64,000 nt of DNA from contig JBHIBG010000003.1 in NCBI GenBank assembly GCA_046758965.1, positions 32,001 to 96,000 on the forward strand, given 5' to 3'. The position numbers were made by a program, and so were the translations under genes. Position 1 is the stretch's first letter. Each line of letters begins with the position of its first letter. This DNA comes from Candidatus Methylomirabilia bacterium (GTDB taxonomy: Bacteria; Methylomirabilota; Methylomirabilia; Rokubacteriales; CSP1-6). Shown here piece after piece: positions 60,549 to 64,000 of this stretch. A model generated the notes under the pieces. The model saw nothing but the letters and a program-made list of their open reading frames with translations. It did not search any database and was not told the origin of the DNA.

Positions 60549-60642
60549 AGTCTAGGCGGGACCAGGGGAGGCTGTCAAGGGGACTCCATCCCCCGGCTCT
60601 TCCGCCGATAGACTTGACCTCCCGTCGCGCCCGGCATAGATT
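60549..60642. promoter_or_regulatory. divergent promoter pair
   Basis: Minus strand TTGACA-18-TAGACT (60578-60549); plus strand TTGACC-17-TAGATT (60614-60642). Confidence 0.6.
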
Positions 60643-60754
60643 TCCCCCATGCCTCCGTCCGCATGCACATGACGCTGGATGGGGAGGTGTATCCGAACAA
60701 CGCTCCCGGAGATTCCGGGATCGCTGAGAAGCCCTCAATCGTGAAGAATGGGAG

Positions 60755-60991
60755 ATGGACATGGCGAAGACCTGGTTTTGGGCTCGGGCCAAGCCCCAAG
60801 ATGTGTGGACGTTTCGGAATCACCCTACGCTGACGGAACCGGGAGACCCGGAGCATATGTTGTTTCGACTCTCAAAGCCGGGAGATCCGCACGTCGTGGG
60901 GTGGGTCATTGTGAACCTCAACACCGGAGAGATCGAGTTTGGAGAGCCCGGAGGTGACGAATCAAGCCACGAACCCTCGCCGCGTACTTAA
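60755..60991 (+). CDS. hypothetical protein
   Basis: GGAG RBS; downstream of the plus-strand promoter; internal PGDP(E)H repeat. Confidence 0.5.
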   Translation: MDMAKTWFWARAKPQDVWTFRNHPTLTEPGDPEHMLFRLSKPGDPHVVGWVIVNLNTGEIEFGEPGGDESSHEPSPRT

Positions 60992-61148
60992 GGAGGCGGA
61001 GGGGGAGCTGCTTCGGGACGTTCCGCTCCGCCGCGCCGGCCTTCTGGAAGGGGTTGCCAACCTCGTCGTTTTTCTCGCCTCGGAGCTGTCGACCTATATC
61101 ACCGGCACAACCATCGCGATCGACGGCGGAACGACGCGAACGATCTAG
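60990..61148 (+). pseudogene. C-terminal fragment of an SDR oxidoreductase
   Basis: VPLRRAG...VANLVVFLASELSTYITGTTIAIDGG, with no N-terminal domain. Confidence 0.75.
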
Positions 61149-61164
61149 AGAGCCACAGTTCTCA

Positions 61165-61429
61165 TCAACCACGCAAATGAATCTCCTCCCCGGGTCCACC
61201 GACCTCGCCGGGTGACCTGATGGGCGTCGCCTCCCGGCTCAGTTCCAGCGTCGGCCACTTCTTCACCTCTTGGCTGGCAATCCTCTCCGCCACAAGGCTG
61301 ATGAGCGCCTGCTTCGTCTGCCGCCTCACTTCCGCTTCGGGGAGCCCGAGCGCTTGAGCGGCCTGACTGGCGCGCGCTTCCCACTCACCGTGGCTCTTCG
61401 TCGCCTTCTTCCCTTGTCTGGTCGGCATG
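61165..61429 (-). CDS. hypothetical protein
   Basis: GAGGAGG RBS before MPTRQGKK; start coordinate approximate. Confidence 0.5.
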
Positions 61430-61687
61430 GCGCCCTCCTCTGGTCGCTGCATCACACTTCACCGAGCCCGCAATGTTCCCCGCCTCCTTGCTTCTCGTGC
61501 GCGATAGGTCAGTGGCGGTGGCCTCCTTAGGTTCGCATGTCAGTCCCCGTAACGGAAAAACGCCGCGCGCGCGCGCAGAAACACCCCCCGGTCTGCCCGA
61601 CCAACGAGGGCGTAGATGGATTGTCCAGGAACCCGGCGCATCACTGCCCTCCCCAGGGACCGGACGGTTGATTGTGGAAGCAACGGA

Positions 61688-61753
61688 AGTCTAGGCGGGG
61701 CTCGGGAAGCTGTCAAGACGCCGCTTGACCCCTCCGGGTCCTGGGGCTAGCCT
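61688..61753. promoter_or_regulatory. divergent promoter pair
   Basis: Minus strand TTGACA-17-TAGACT (61716-61688); plus strand TTGACC-17-TAGCCT (61725-61753). Confidence 0.65.
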
Positions 61754-61801
61754 AGCGGCAGCGTGTCCCACCCTTGATCGCTCCGGTGAGGAGGCCCCGG
61801 C

Positions 61802-64000
61802 ATGAAGTGCCCTCGGTGCCAGGAGGAGAACCCTCCGCAGGCGAGCTTCTGCATGAAGTGCGGGGCCGGCCTTATGCTGGCATGTGCGAAGTGCGGCACG
61901 GAGCTGCCGACGGGGGCAGCCTTCTGTTTCGCCTGCGGGCAACCGGTGGCTGCAGCGCCTGCTGCGCAACGTTTCGCGTCTCCTGAGGCTTACACCCCCA
62001 GACATCTCGCCGAGAAGATCCTGACCTCCAAGAGCGCGCTCGAAGGCGAGCGCAAGCAGGTCACGGTCCTGTTCGCCGACCTGAAGGGGTCCATGCAGCT
62101 CCTCGCCGACCGCGACCCTGAGGAGGCGCGGAAGCTCCTCGACCCGGTGCTGGAACGCATGATGGAGGCCGTCCACCGCTACGAGGGGACCGTGAACCAG
62201 GTGATGGGCGACGGGATCATGGCGCTCTTCGGCGCCCCGCTCGCTCATGAAGACCATGCCGTGCGGGCCTGCTACGCCGCGCTCAGGATGCAGGAAGCGA
62301 TCCGCCGCTATACCGAAGAGGTCCGTCGCACGCACGGCATAGCGGTACAGATCCGGGTCGGCCTCAACTCGGGTGAGGTGGTGGTCCGCGCTATCGGCAA
62401 CGACCTCCACATGGACTACACCGCCGTGGGGCAGACCACGCATCTCGCCGCCCGGATGGAGCAGCTCGCGAGCCCGGGAAGCATCCTGCTGACGGCAGAG
62501 ACCCTCCGTCTGGCCGAAGGCTTTGTGCAGGTCAAGCCGCTCGGTCCGGTGCCGGTGAGAGGGCTGGAGGCCCCGATTGAGGTCTACGAGATCATCGGGG
62601 CCGGGCCTGTGCGTCGGCGGCTTGAGGCCGCCGTGGCCCGAGGGCTGACCCGCTTCGTCGGGCGGCAGACGGAGCTGGAAGGCCTCCGCCAGGCGCTGGA
62701 GCAGGCTCACGCCGGTCACGGCCAGGTCGTGGCCGTGGTCGGAGAGCCGGGCGTTGGCAAATCCCGCCTCTTCTACGAGTTCACCCACTCGCATCGAACC
62801 CACGGCTGGCTGATCCTCGAAAGTGGCTCGGTCTCCTACGGCAAGGCCACCGTCTATCTGCCGGTCATCGACCTCCTCAAGGCGTACTTCCAGATCGACA
62901 CCCGCGATGACGAGCGGAAGATCCGCGAAAAGGTCATGGGCAAGCTCCTCGCGCTCGATGAGGCCCTCAGGCCGACCCTGCCCGCTTTCCTCTCCCTCCT
63001 GGACGTCCCCGTCGAGGACCCTCGCTGGCAGGACCTCGATCCGCCCCAACGCCGCCAGCGGACCCTGGATGCCGTCAAGCGCCTCCTGCTCCGGGAGAGC
63101 CAGGTCCAGCCCTTACTGCTGGTCTTCGAGGACCTCCACTGGATCGATTCCGAAACCCAGGCGGTCCTGGACAGCCTGATCGAGAGCCTCCCGACCGCCC
63201 GCCTCCTGCTGCTCGTAAACTATCGCCCCGAGTACCAGCACGGCTGGGGGAGCAAGACATACTACACCCAGCTCAGGATCGACCCGTTGCCGCCCGAGAG
63301 CTGCGAGGAACTGCTTCAAGCCCTCCTCGGAGGCGATGCGAGTCTTCAGCCGTTCAGGCAGCTCCTGATCGAGCGCACCGAGGGGAACCCCTTCTTCCTG
63401 GAGGAGAGCGTCCGGACCCTGGTGGAGACCCAGGTCCTCGTCGGCGAGCGCGGGGCCTACCGCCTGGCGAAGCCCGTCCAGACGATTCAGGTGCCGGCTA
63501 CGGTACAGGCGGTCCTGGCGGCCCGGATCGACCGGCTGCCGCCTGAGGACAAGCGCCTGCTTCAGTCAGCCTCCGTCATCGGCGAGACTGTGCCGTTCAC
63601 CCTGCTCCAGGCTGTCGTCGAGTTGCCGGAGGAGGAGCTTCGCCGGGCTCTCAGCCGCCTTCAGACTGTCGAGTTCCTCTACGAGACCAGCCTCTTCCCC
63701 GATCTCGAATACACCTTCAAGCACGGCCTGACGTACCAGGTGGCGTACAACTCCCTCCTCCAGGAGCGCCGGCGCGCCCTCCACGCCCGGATCATTGAGG
63801 GAATCGAGCGGATCCACACCGACCGGGTGGCCGAGCACGCGGAACGGCTCGCCCACCACGCCCTCCGGGGCGAGGTGTGGGGCAAGGCCCTCACCTATTT
63901 CCGTCAGGCCGGTGCCAAGGCCATGGCGCGCTCGGCCAACCGCGAGGCGGTAGCGTGCTTTGAGCAGGCGTTGGGAGCACTCACGCATCTCCCGGAGGGT
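61802..64000 (+). CDS. double zinc ribbon-adenylate/guanylate cyclase-AAA ATPase-TPR protein (runs off window)
   Basis: Manual translation: MKCPRC..FCMKCG..CAKCG..FCFACG; ERKQVTVLFADLKGS, GDGIMALFGAP, GEPGVGKS, FEDLHW, EGNPFFLEE. Confidence 0.93.
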   Translation, partial: MKCPRCQEENPPQASFCMKCGAGLMLACAKCGTELPTGAAFCFACGQPVAAAPAAQRFASPEAYTPRHLAEKILTSKSALEGERKQVTVLFADLKGSMQLLADRDPEEARKLLDPVLERMMEAVHRYEGTVNQVMGDGIMALFGAPLAHEDHAVRACYAALRMQEAIRRYTEEVRRTHGIAVQIRVGLNSGEVVVRAIGNDLHMDYTAVGQTTHLAARMEQLASPGSILLTAETLRLAEGFVQVKPLGPVPVRGLEAPIEVYEIIGAGPVRRRLEAAVARGLTRFVGRQTELEGLRQALEQAHAGHGQVVAVVGEPGVGKSRLFYEFTHSHRTHGWLILESGSVSYGKATVYLPVIDLLKAYFQIDTRDDERKIREKVMGKLLALDEALRPTLPAFLSLLDVPVEDPRWQDLDPPQRRQRTLDAVKRLLLRESQVQPLLLVFEDLHWIDSETQAVLDSLIESLPTARLLLLVNYRPEYQHGWGSKTYYTQLRIDPLPPESCEELLQALLGGDASLQPFRQLLIERTEGNPFFLEESVRTLVETQVLVGERGAYRLAKPVQTIQVPATVQAVLAARIDRLPPEDKRLLQSASVIGETVPFTLLQAVVELPEEELRRALSRLQTVEFLYETSLFPDLEYTFKHGLTYQVAYNSLLQERRRALHARIIEGIERIHTDRVAEHAERLAHHALRGEVWGKALTYFRQAGAKAMARSANREAVACFEQALGALTHLPEG

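Noticed and set aside
58900..61750. CRISPR-like array from the recurring agtctaggcg motif
   Set aside because: Spacing is 0.6-1.1 kb and irregular, and the motif is explained as a -10 element.

Overview
GC-rich bacterial chromosome segment. The gene content and intergenic repeats are suggestive of Rokubacteria/Methylomirabilota, but this is an inference only. 1-22.6 kb: minus-strand dcw cluster (mraZ-rsmH-ftsL-ftsI-murE-murF-mraY-murD-ftsW-murC-murB-ftsQ-ftsA-ftsZ, with no murG or ddl), then a radical-SAM relic lacking its cluster motif, pgeF, a plus-strand nuclease/Zn-protein insert, and yggS-proC-yggT-divIVA-mtnA. 22.7-35 kb: M48 peptidase, a catabolic block (Liv-type ABC transporter, ALDH, amidase, 3-hydroxyacyl-CoA dehydrogenase), a VOC protein and fumC. 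35-44.4 kb: a mosaic of two insertions, each bounded by direct repeats of host gene 3' ends. They carry a SNF2 helicase pair, a decayed same-orientation integron (intI remnant, attC sites, TA cassettes) and an IS91-type remnant whose end resembles attC. Two probable selenoproteins are hidden by in-frame UGA: an OsmC-like protein (40091-40555) and a CUAEP-tail radical SAM enzyme (45751-47250), the latter in a run with NfuA and an ATP-grasp ligase. 49.9-64 kb: accessory genes, a set of near-identical promoters (two with a conserved short ORF), the second copy of a 230-bp CTAG-bounded MITE-like element, and a truncated adenylate-cyclase/AAA/TPR gene. No rRNA, tRNA or CRISPR array was recognised.
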